In this document: positions 54,028 through 61,906 of the stretch, one piece after another | How positions within the stretch are numbered: position 1 is the first letter of the stretch | How the letters are laid out: every line of letters starts with the position of its first letter | Assembly (NCBI GenBank): GCA_026196225.1 | Contig: JAPHRD010000037.1 | Coordinates: forward strand, 6,855-70,854 | Direction: 5' to 3' | Length of the DNA stretch: 64,000 nt | DNA from: Motiliproteus sp. | Lineage (GTDB): Bacteria; Pseudomonadota; Gammaproteobacteria; Pseudomonadales; Balneatricaceae | The notes under the pieces: model-generated | Told to the model about the DNA's origin: nothing | Databases searched by the model: none | The model's input: only the letters and a program-made list of their open reading frames with translations | Translations under genes and position numbers: made by a program

Positions 54028-55020
54028 ATGTCTAACATTGCAAATAAAGCAAATAGAATTTTGGTTGTTCTGTCTATATTTTTATTTTCTCTCCTTACTC
54101 ATGCAGCACCGGATGATATCGATAGACCACTTAAAATAGCGATGATTCTTTGGCGCGGAGAGACCGAAGCTGAAAGAGGGTTTAAGGACGCCTTAACAAG
54201 CCTTGGTTACAAAGCAGAGTTCTACGTTTTTAACGGAAATCAAAACAGAGAAAAACTAGCAGAGACTCTAAGAACAAATGCCGATATAATAAATAAAGAT
54301 TTCGATTATTTGTACTCATTCGGAACAACCGCTACACAAATGCTCAACTCCGTTTCCGATGAATCCACCCCTCACATATTCAACATTGTAACCAACCCTG
54401 TATCAGAAGGGTTTATAAAGACAATGCAAAAGCCCGAGGTAAATCGAACAGGCACAAGCCAGCGAATCCCTGTATCCAGACAACTAGAACCTATATTACA
54501 AATAAAAAACATTAATAAATTAGCCTTCTTTTTCAACCCTAGAGAAAGAAACTCAGAGTTAATTAGAAAAGAACTTTACGGATTTTCCAATAGACAAGGG
54601 ATCGAAATATTGGAGTTCAGATGCGCTCCCGGAACAAACAGATTAGAGCGCTATTTAGATAGTATTACCAACACCAAGGACCCAATAGCTGATGCTGCTT
54701 ACTTCCCCGGTGACAGCTACCTTGTTTCAAAGGCAGAATTAATAGGACAGAAAATACAAAAGGCAGGACTGATCGCCATAGGTGCTCACCAGGACTACGC
54801 TAGATATGGAGTTCTAGCAGCTGTAATGCCTGACTACTACAGGCTAGGCGAAGCTGCTGCAACACAGCTGCATCGCCACTATCACGGCGGCATTCTAAAC
54901 GACATTCCCGTGTATAGCATAACGACCGAATACAACCTGATTGTTAACAGAAAAACCCAAGACCTTCTGGGAATAGACATTTCAAAATCTACTCACAAAA
55001 ACGTAGTGTTCATAGATTGA
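54028..55020 (+). CDS. periplasmic substrate-binding protein, ABC_sub_bind (PF04392)-like, without ABC partners
   Basis: Signal peptide, then KIAMILWRGETEAERGFKDALTSLGY... AT-rich. No permease or ATPase gene adjacent. Confidence 0.5.
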   Translation: MSNIANKANRILVVLSIFLFSLLTHAAPDDIDRPLKIAMILWRGETEAERGFKDALTSLGYKAEFYVFNGNQNREKLAETLRTNADIINKDFDYLYSFGTTATQMLNSVSDESTPHIFNIVTNPVSEGFIKTMQKPEVNRTGTSQRIPVSRQLEPILQIKNINKLAFFFNPRERNSELIRKELYGFSNRQGIEILEFRCAPGTNRLERYLDSITNTKDPIADAAYFPGDSYLVSKAELIGQKIQKAGLIAIGAHQDYARYGVLAAVMPDYYRLGEAAATQLHRHYHGGILNDIPVYSITTEYNLIVNRKTQDLLGIDISKSTHKNVVFID

Positions 55021-55337
55021 CTATCTAACGAGATGCCTGTTTTCAGGATAAGGATTAGAAAGTAGTTGATTACATTAGCCAGATTCTAAGGCCCGCAAAG
55101 GGCGCATGAACGGAATAGTAAAAAATCTCCTAAGCCTCTAGATTGGAAAGAGTTTTTTAGCCAAGGATTTCTTCGTTAAAGATTAGATGAATGGCCTTGG
55201 ATGAAGTTCATTCATTATGGCTGCCTCTTGGATAAATCATGGATCGCATCTATCCCACCAGGGTGATGTCCGCTATTGGTGAAACGACCCGAAACTTGCT
55301 GCCTAATTCTCCAAGAGGCAACAAAAACTCGCAAAAT

Positions 55338-55991
55338 TTACACCTCCGTTCCCTCGGCCAACTCAAGAGCATCATCAACTTCAACCCCTAGATAGCGGAT
55401 CGTGCTGTCAAGCTTACTGTGGCCCAAAAGCAATTGAACTGCTCTCAGGTTTCCAGTGCGTCGATAGATAAGTGTTGGTTTTGTTCTCCTCATCGTATGC
55501 GTGCCGTAGTCACAGGCATCAAGGCCAATGCTTTTCACCCACCTATCTACAATTCGAGCATACTGCCGAGTTGTTAAATGCGTTTGCGCGCTAGACCGAC
55601 CGGGAAAAAGAAAGTCGCCTCCTGTTAAGCCTCTTTTCTTTATCCAACTCACCAAAGAATTCCTTGTATCTTTGGTAATCTCAAATTGAACAGTGCGATT
55701 AGTTTTCTGCTGTACAACGAGTGCTCGGCTTTGAACAGTTTTCCCATGAGCAATATCGCGAACGCGAATGCTCATCAAATCACAACCGCGCAGCTTGCTG
55801 TCGATCGCCAAATTAAACATGGCAAGCTCACGGCTGTTTCCCTCAAGTTCAAGCCTGATTCGAATGCCCCAGATTTCCTTCAACTTAAGTGGTCGCTTTT
55901 GACCGAGAGTTTTGCCCTTATTCCAAGGTTCTTGGATCGAGGGTGGTTGCGATTGCTCTGGTTTGTATGAATGCATGTCATAGATCCTCAT
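55338..55991 (-). CDS. small tyrosine recombinase/integrase
   Basis: 217 aa. RGCDL (Arg I), YGTHTMRRT (His-x-x-Arg), LLGHSKLDSTIRYL (His...Tyr). The start may instead be the 6th codon (ATG 55976, AGGA upstream). Confidence 0.85.
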   Translation of the reverse strand: MRIYDMHSYKPEQSQPPSIQEPWNKGKTLGQKRPLKLKEIWGIRIRLELEGNSRELAMFNLAIDSKLRGCDLMSIRVRDIAHGKTVQSRALVVQQKTNRTVQFEITKDTRNSLVSWIKKRGLTGGDFLFPGRSSAQTHLTTRQYARIVDRWVKSIGLDACDYGTHTMRRTKPTLIYRRTGNLRAVQLLLGHSKLDSTIRYLGVEVDDALELAEGTEV

Positions 55992-56008
55992 TGAATGAAG
56001 GATCTATG
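55979..56008. promoter_or_regulatory. perfect 10-bp inverted repeat spanning the integrase start codon
   Basis: CATAGATCCT-(cattgaatga)-AGGATCTATG. The annotated ATG (55989-55991) sits in the loop. Confidence 0.6.
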
Positions 56009-56346
56009 AGTATGGATTTTGCGCCTGATACAGGTCAGCCAAATCGACTATGCCGACATCAAGGTGAGGGTTGAGGTGCGCCCCCACAAGAGCACCTGAA
56101 TTCAGAAAGCGGACATCTCCGAAGCGGTTTTTTGGTAACGAAGTACACCCTTAATCTGGCTATAGGGAGAGACAAGAGCTGACCGCACGTGCAACAGGCA
56201 GCACTATACTGCTGCCCGATCCAAGGGCCGCTGGGAGTGGGTCTGCAGATAGCGAACCAGCACCTGCAGTTCGTATGGATCCGGCGCCTCGGCCCTCCCC
56301 ATCATCTGCATACGCCTGTTCATTCCTCACCGCCATAGGCGGTGGT

Positions 56347-56946
56347 TTACCGAGATGTAATTCGCGATGAAGCCTCGATATAGCGTTTAAGGGCAGCGGC
56401 AAAGCTGGCACTATCCCATTCAGTGGCCCCCATCCGGCGCCCGATTTCACGTCCATACCGGTCAATCAATAGGCTCGTTGGCAACCCTCTTACCGCAAAT
56501 CGATCCAGAACTTCCGCCGAAGGCTCTACATATGTCTCCAATGACTCGATTGCGTAGCGAGAGAAGAAAGCCTGAACCGCTTCTATGCCGTTTTGATCCG
56601 TTGATAATGCCACAACCGTGAAATCCGAACCTCCTAGTTGCGCCTGTAACTGATCTAAAGCCGGCATCTCTTCCCGGCAGGGTCCACACCAGGTCGCCCA
56701 CAGGTTCAAAAGCACTAGCTGTCCGCGAAAGTCTCGCAGCGCAGTGGTTTCTCCTCCCGCAGTTTGGAAGCGAGTGTTCGGTAGCGGTTTCGGCGTTTCG
56801 TGGAAGACGAACGGTAACTGTCGAACCGCCCTGTTGGCTTCAGGCGAGTCGAGGGGATCTGAGTTCAACAATGTTTGGATACTGGCCAAGGCCAAAACTG
56901 CCACCACGGCGAGACTCAGAACGCCCTTATAAGTCTTAACGTTCAT
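56347..56946 (-). CDS. TlpA/ResA-type membrane-anchored thiol:disulfide oxidoreductase
   Basis: 199 aa. N-terminal anchor and WATWCGPCREEMP thioredoxin motif. Confidence 0.85.
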   Translation of the reverse strand: MNVKTYKGVLSLAVVAVLALASIQTLLNSDPLDSPEANRAVRQLPFVFHETPKPLPNTRFQTAGGETTALRDFRGQLVLLNLWATWCGPCREEMPALDQLQAQLGGSDFTVVALSTDQNGIEAVQAFFSRYAIESLETYVEPSAEVLDRFAVRGLPTSLLIDRYGREIGRRMGATEWDSASFAAALKRYIEASSRITSR

Positions 56947-57072
56947 GCGTCCCTAGACCACTGCGGCTGGAGTTGATCATCAATATCTTGGCCCCTATAC
57001 GAATTTTTGCAGGCCCAAGGGTACTCCCTTGGACCTGTGTCTGGAGCCTGCGTCTGAAAAGAGAGAGTCCCG

Positions 57073-58452
57073 TCAGTCTCCTGAAGTTGAACCTCTCCGC
57101 TCCTCGGTTTTCTTCCCGGTAATCCAGCTCCAATCCATCGGGAATACCCGTGGATTGAGCATGGTGCTATAGCCATGCAGCAGGATTATGGTGAGCGTGG
57201 CCAGTATCGCCTCCCAGCCATGAATCCATTGGGCATACTTGAAGACCTGATAGGGGAAATAGGACAGCGTCCACTCGAAGAACCACATCAACAGCCCCGT
57301 CACGAGGACGACATTCAGCCCGATCACCCCGGCCCAGTATTCGAGCTTTTGCAGCCAGTGATATTTTCCCGAACCCGCCGGCCTTTGCCCCAGGCCCAGG
57401 CGGAAACGGACATCCTGCCAGGCATCTTGCAGATCCTGCCGGGAGAGGAGGATATTTGCCATGTTGCGCCGGGTCAGGAGGTAATACATAAAGTGGATAT
57501 AAGCATTGCCGACAAAGGCGATGGCCGCCAGGCGATGGATCAGGCTACGGTTGTCGGCGCCGCCCACGAGCGCCACCAACCAGTCGGCGTAGGCGCTGTC
57601 CGGGTATTTGACAGCAAAACCGCTCATCGCCAGTGTGATGAAGGAGAGCGCCAATACAACATGCTGAACACGCTGGCCGGTCGTCAGATGCCGGATGTGG
57701 GGCTTCGTCGCAGGTGATGCGCGGCGCTCCCGGAGTGCTACGGGAAGATCCAGATAGATGTAAAACACCAGGAACCCGATCACCAGGGCGATCAACGCGA
57801 GATAAAAACCATCGATCAAATGGCCGATTCTCAGCGCCCCCAGACCGAACTGGTCTTTACCATACAGCGTTTTGCCGGTCCCGGAGCCGGCCAGGTTCAG
57901 AGCCATCACTTGCCGTTCCTGCTCGCTGGAGCCTCCATGGCAGCCGGCACAGACACGCCCCAGGGTATCGGCATGCAACGGATTCATTTGGGCTGACAGC
58001 GCGGCCTCGTGGCCAAGATGGCAGTAACTGCAGGTCGGGATGTTCTGTTTGCCCAACAGCGCATGTTTGCCGTGGAAGGTTCGATAGAAGTTCTCGACCG
58101 CCCCCTGGTGACAGCGGGCACACAAAGCGTCGTATTCTTTCCGCTTTTTGGGTTCGATCCGACTGACCTCATCCCGGTCCCACGCCTGCGGCTTCTCTGC
58201 CTCCTTAAGGCTGGACAGCGGCTCGCTGCCCTCTCCATGGCAGGCGATACACTTTACCCCCTCTTTGGCGTGAACACTCGCGGCCCAGGCGACTTGAGAA
58301 CGACTGCCTCCGAGCTGCATCCAGTCGGGAATGTCCGGCTCCAACGCATGAGCCATGCCCATAGGAAAAACCATGCCAACCAAGCACAGCAACATTGAAA
58401 TGATAACGTTCCTGGGCTGCACCTTAACGCCCCTCCAACTCTTGCTCGGCAT
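57073..58452 (-). CDS. fusion protein: periplasmic tetrahaem cytochrome c plus membrane dihaem cytochrome b (HydC/FdnI family)
   Basis: 459 aa. CIACH, CARCH, CSYCH, CAGCH, then at least 4 TM with conserved His (RVQHVVLALSF, IHRLAAIAF, IHGWEAIL...LLH). Alternative GTG start at 58422 (GGAGG upstream, 1 nt after the upstream stop). Confidence 0.8.
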   Translation of the reverse strand: MPSKSWRGVKVQPRNVIISMLLCLVGMVFPMGMAHALEPDIPDWMQLGGSRSQVAWAASVHAKEGVKCIACHGEGSEPLSSLKEAEKPQAWDRDEVSRIEPKKRKEYDALCARCHQGAVENFYRTFHGKHALLGKQNIPTCSYCHLGHEAALSAQMNPLHADTLGRVCAGCHGGSSEQERQVMALNLAGSGTGKTLYGKDQFGLGALRIGHLIDGFYLALIALVIGFLVFYIYLDLPVALRERRASPATKPHIRHLTTGQRVQHVVLALSFITLAMSGFAVKYPDSAYADWLVALVGGADNRSLIHRLAAIAFVGNAYIHFMYYLLTRRNMANILLSRQDLQDAWQDVRFRLGLGQRPAGSGKYHWLQKLEYWAGVIGLNVVLVTGLLMWFFEWTLSYFPYQVFKYAQWIHGWEAILATLTIILLHGYSTMLNPRVFPMDWSWITGKKTEERRGSTSGD

Positions 58453-59776
58453 GCCACATCAGCACCGGGGGGTAGGCGCTGGCCAGCCGGTTCATCGCAG
58501 CCATCCTGCCCGGAATCTCGGTATTGAGGATGAAATCCTTCTCTTCCGGCGTACCCGCTTTGATACGCCGGATCAGTCCTTGCTGCATGCGGTTCTGCGC
58601 ATCGGCAGGGGGCATGACGAAGTAGGTATAGGTCAGGCTGGCCTTGGTAATCACGGGCACTTCGTCCTCCGGTATTGGGAACTCGACCTCAACCAAGTCG
58701 GTGGACTCCGCTTCCAGCACGTGGTCAAACCCTCGCGATACCGCCGCCTCTACCATGGCCGGCTCAAAGCCGTCCTTGTCTTTGAAGTTGAACCCGTATT
58801 CCACTTCATGGCTGTCGATTTCGAAGCCGTCCTCATCCTCCATCCAGATCCTGAGGAACATGCGTGCACGCGGCGGGCAGCCATTCGGGATCGAATGTCC
58901 AATCAGATTTTTTAAACTCACTTGAATGGCAATTTGATCATGGCTCTGCTGAACCCGAAAATCGGTCTCAACGGCGGTCTTCACCATCTCAGCATCATGA
59001 CTCCCGGGAAACCGATGACCAGTCCACTCCCGCTTCTCGGCATAGCGGTCCAGATTAACCAGGCGCAGCAGGCGGTCTTTCAGGCTGGTAGATGCCGTCA
59101 GCGCCTTTTTCCAGGCTGAAGGATCCTCTTCCAGCCCTGGTGCCATATGACAGGTCTGGCAGGTGACTCCTTGCTTGGCCATTTCGGTCTTGCGAAAATC
59201 CCGGTTGGTATCGCAGCAAGCCACGCCTTTCTCCCAATCTCCCTTGGCGGCATGCGAGTTGTTGTAGTCGTGACAGGCAGAGCACATGACCTCCTTTTTA
59301 AACAGGTCTGAGCGCTCTACATTATGCATCGGCAATTTAACCGGGCTGATCTGGGCCGGCACAAGCAGCTCGGGAATATCCTTGACGGCTCGCATCGCGT
59401 GGCAGGCAGTGCAGGTGACGCCCCGGGTGTTGGGTTCATCCGCCAGTATCGCCTGGCGCATGCCTTCATAATCGCCAGATAGCTTGGTGTCGGTAGCATG
59501 GCAGTTCAAACACTCAGGAACAGACTGCCCCTGAGTGCTGAAATCGAACAGGGTGAACATCCCCCGAAAGGCGGGACTGGTTGTGGCCTTGGCGTGAAAG
59601 GAGTCCTTCCACTCATCGAAAATATTCTCATGGCAGCCCTGACAGGCTTCTGGCGGACTGGTGACGGTGAGCTTGGCATGGGCTTGGGATGAAGCTTCCT
59701 GTGCCGAAGCCACCCCACCCGCTATCAGCCATGGCAGGATGACGCCAGCCAGGAGATTATGTGAACGTATTTTCAT
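58424..59776 (-). CDS. periplasmic pentahaem c-type cytochrome with haem-free C-terminal domain
   Basis: 450 aa. Signal peptide, then CQGCH, CLNCH, CTACH, CSACH, CQTCH in the first ~210 aa. The last ~230 aa have no CxxCH. Confidence 0.8.
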   Translation of the reverse strand: MKIRSHNLLAGVILPWLIAGGVASAQEASSQAHAKLTVTSPPEACQGCHENIFDEWKDSFHAKATTSPAFRGMFTLFDFSTQGQSVPECLNCHATDTKLSGDYEGMRQAILADEPNTRGVTCTACHAMRAVKDIPELLVPAQISPVKLPMHNVERSDLFKKEVMCSACHDYNNSHAAKGDWEKGVACCDTNRDFRKTEMAKQGVTCQTCHMAPGLEEDPSAWKKALTASTSLKDRLLRLVNLDRYAEKREWTGHRFPGSHDAEMVKTAVETDFRVQQSHDQIAIQVSLKNLIGHSIPNGCPPRARMFLRIWMEDEDGFEIDSHEVEYGFNFKDKDGFEPAMVEAAVSRGFDHVLEAESTDLVEVEFPIPEDEVPVITKASLTYTYFVMPPADAQNRMQQGLIRRIKAGTPEEKDFILNTEIPGRMAAMNRLASAYPPVLMWHAEQELEGR

Positions 59777-59797
59777 GGCGGCGCCTCCGTTTGGCTC

Positions 59798-60289
59798 TTA
59801 TTCAGTACCAGCCTTAGCGAGCGAGCCAACCATTTTGTCCATTTTCTTGCCTAGCTTATCCAGCTTGGGGTTCTGATAGTGGGCAAACATTCGTGAAGGC
59901 TGGTAGTAGATTACATAGACTTTCCCATCCTTTAGCTCCCGAATGGCAACCCGCATCGGCATTTCGATACCCGCCAAAGGCTCGATCGACAGTACCTTTT
60001 GACCCATCTGAGGCTTGGCAAAGCCAATGGTGAGACTGGGTGTTTCCGTACCGCCAACCATCTCAACCATATTCTTATGGTTGGCTTCGAAGATGATGGC
60101 GAGTCCTTTCTTCTTAATTGCGGCTTTGATGCCGCTTACGGTATCGGTAAATGATTTGGACGATTCCAGTATAAGCGGCTGTTGCTCCGCGGCGTGGGCC
60201 GTCAGCGACAGACCTGCCAATAGAAACAGCGTCCAGATCAACGCGGAAAGATGCTTCTGCATCTTGGATAAATGGGTCATGGTGTGCAC
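59798..60289 (-). CDS. secreted DUF302-like protein
   Basis: 163 aa with a signal peptide. DUF302-like core (IFEANHKNM...PMRVAIRELKDGKVYVIYYQP). Ends 21 nt upstream of the pentahaem gene. Confidence 0.5.
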   Translation of the reverse strand: MHTMTHLSKMQKHLSALIWTLFLLAGLSLTAHAAEQQPLILESSKSFTDTVSGIKAAIKKKGLAIIFEANHKNMVEMVGGTETPSLTIGFAKPQMGQKVLSIEPLAGIEMPMRVAIRELKDGKVYVIYYQPSRMFAHYQNPKLDKLGKKMDKMVGSLAKAGTE

Positions 60290-60624
60290 TCTCGATCTAT
60301 AAGTTTGATTGAAAGACTAAGGGCTTGCCTGATGAGGGGCGTTTTCCACATTTGCTTATCGGGGATAGGACTCATCCCGTCAAATGGTGCATCGCGACGC
60401 CAGACATCGAAATTGATTTCGTTATCCAGTCCAACGAAGCACCATCATAAATATGATAAACGCCGTATTTAGGTACGGAGTAAAGTGAAAATTGGAGAGT
60501 TTTTAGAGAAAAACCGAAACGGATTCTAGCCAGGCCCTTAAGGGATATTAGTTGTCGGGATTGGGCTGTTGCCATCTACGCATTAACAGTCTGCAGCTCG
60601 CCATATATGCTGTGGGCTGACTGC

Positions 60625-60866
60625 ATGAACCAGATTCTTGGGGCTCTATCAATGTATCAGTTTGCCCTGATTTCCCTGCTGCTTATAACGCTCGCGGGCT
60701 GCGCGATGACCCCGGCCGCCAACACGGCTGCCATCCTGAGTGTGAGTGCTTTCTCCTAAGGGGATCTCAACGGCTGGCAGGAGAAGTCCTTTAAGGGGCA
60801 GGCGATCTATCGCGTGACAGAAACTGGGCAGGGCAAGGCACTCTGTGCCCTTAGCGAGGGTACCGC
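60625..60866 (+). pseudogene. DUF3047-family lipoprotein gene remnant (in-frame TAA at 60757, truncated at about codon 80)
   Basis: MNQILGALSMYQFALISLLLITLAGCA...SAFS*GDLNGWQEKSFKGQAIYRVTETGQGKALCALSEGTAS. The frame then runs into the 3' end of the convergent MerR-like gene. Confidence 0.55.
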
Positions 60867-60867
60867 C

Positions 60868-61230
60868 TCACTCGAAAGCGATCGCCTCCAAAGAATGCTG
60901 CAGTGATCGCAACGCTCTGATTTTTAAGCGGATGGCACTAACGTATTCAGTTGCTCTTTCTGCGGACTCGTCAGCAGGATAGTGTCCACCCACCAAGCAC
61001 AGCAGATCGCGGATCTCGGCTATCTGGAAGCCGAGTGAGCGCGCTTGGCAGATGAGCACAAGCTGTTCCTGTGAGGTTTCATCATAGAGCCGGTGACCAC
61101 CCTGTGTTCTTAACGGTTGCGACAGGAGTTCAATCTTTTCATAGTACCGAATCGTCTCTATGTTGCAGTGAGTCAACGCCGCTAAACGTCCGATACTAAG
61201 GCTGTGACGCTTTTGTTCCATCGTTGCCAA
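60868..61230 (-). CDS. MerR-family regulator at the distal end of the mer operon (lacks the canonical Hg-binding C-terminal Cys pair)
   Basis: 120 aa. LSIGRLAALTHCNIETIRYYEKIELL HTH. Only one Cys (LLCLVGG) lies in the coiled-coil region. Confidence 0.7.
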   Translation of the reverse strand: MATMEQKRHSLSIGRLAALTHCNIETIRYYEKIELLSQPLRTQGGHRLYDETSQEQLVLICQARSLGFQIAEIRDLLCLVGGHYPADESAERATEYVSAIRLKIRALRSLQHSLEAIAFE

Positions 61231-61249
61231 AACCGCTTTATTGGGAAAG

Positions 61250-61906
61250 TCAGTATGCCGTTAACGTACCGGCATACTGACTCTCGTTTTTGAGCCGGGC
61301 GATATGCGAGCCTTCATCAAGAGATATTACGAACGTTCTTGGATAGTCCCGGATCCAGTCTTCAGCCTTTTCGGTCGATGGGAAGAAATGGACGTAGTGG
61401 CAGAAATTACAAATCACGTCCTGTTCAAGAGACTTTTTGTCCGGCAGCATAAATGACAGGACCGCCTCTTGAGGCGAAACCGCCTCAACCAGTCCAGGAC
61501 TGACATGTAACTGAATCGTCGACTGCTCACCCGGAGCGAGTGATTCAACCTCCACGGTTTCACCTAAAATCTCGGGTATAAACAGCGTATCCCAAGCACA
61601 CCAGGCATAGAGATAGACCCCCTTTACTTGCATCTTATGCGGAGTGGGCTTTAAAGAGAGTCCCCAATACCCCGTGATTTGCTGGGCTTCGTCGAAGTAA
61701 ATACCCGTCCAGTCTTCAAGCATGTGTTGCAGATGGTTTACCGGCATAACTACCGCCTTAGCCAAGCGTTCCTGGCTTACAGGTTCGCCCTCAGCCAACA
61801 ATCGATAGATTGCCAGAGACACCTTTTGCTCCTCCAGGGATAACGTCGGTAATTGAGAAAGCAGCGCGTCAGCTAGCGCCTGGGGAGGTTGTGAATATTC
61901 GGTCAT
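61250..61906 (-). CDS. merB: organomercurial lyase
   Basis: LYAWCAWDTLFIPEILG (Cys96/Asp99 equivalents) and FCHYVHFF (Cys159 equivalent). ATGA overlap with the upstream gene. Confidence 0.85.
   Translation of the reverse strand: MTEYSQPPQALADALLSQLPTLSLEEQKVSLAIYRLLAEGEPVSQERLAKAVVMPVNHLQHMLEDWTGIYFDEAQQITGYWGLSLKPTPHKMQVKGVYLYAWCAWDTLFIPEILGETVEVESLAPGEQSTIQLHVSPGLVEAVSPQEAVLSFMLPDKKSLEQDVICNFCHYVHFFPSTEKAEDWIRDYPRTFVISLDEGSHIARLKNESQYAGTLTAY

Noticed and set aside
56160-56465. 101-aa minus-strand ORF overlapping the 3' end of the TlpA-like gene
   Set aside because: It overlaps a well-supported CDS in another frame, has Gly/Ala/Pro-rich composition, and shows no start context.
60780-60900. 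Search for Tn21/Tn501-type 38-bp terminal inverted repeat at the left mer boundary
   Set aside because: Only a trivial GCTAAG match was seen. There is no GGGGTCGTCTCAGAAAACGG-like sequence. The hairpin AAGGCAC-TCT-GTGCCCTT there is more likely a terminator for the MerR-like gene.
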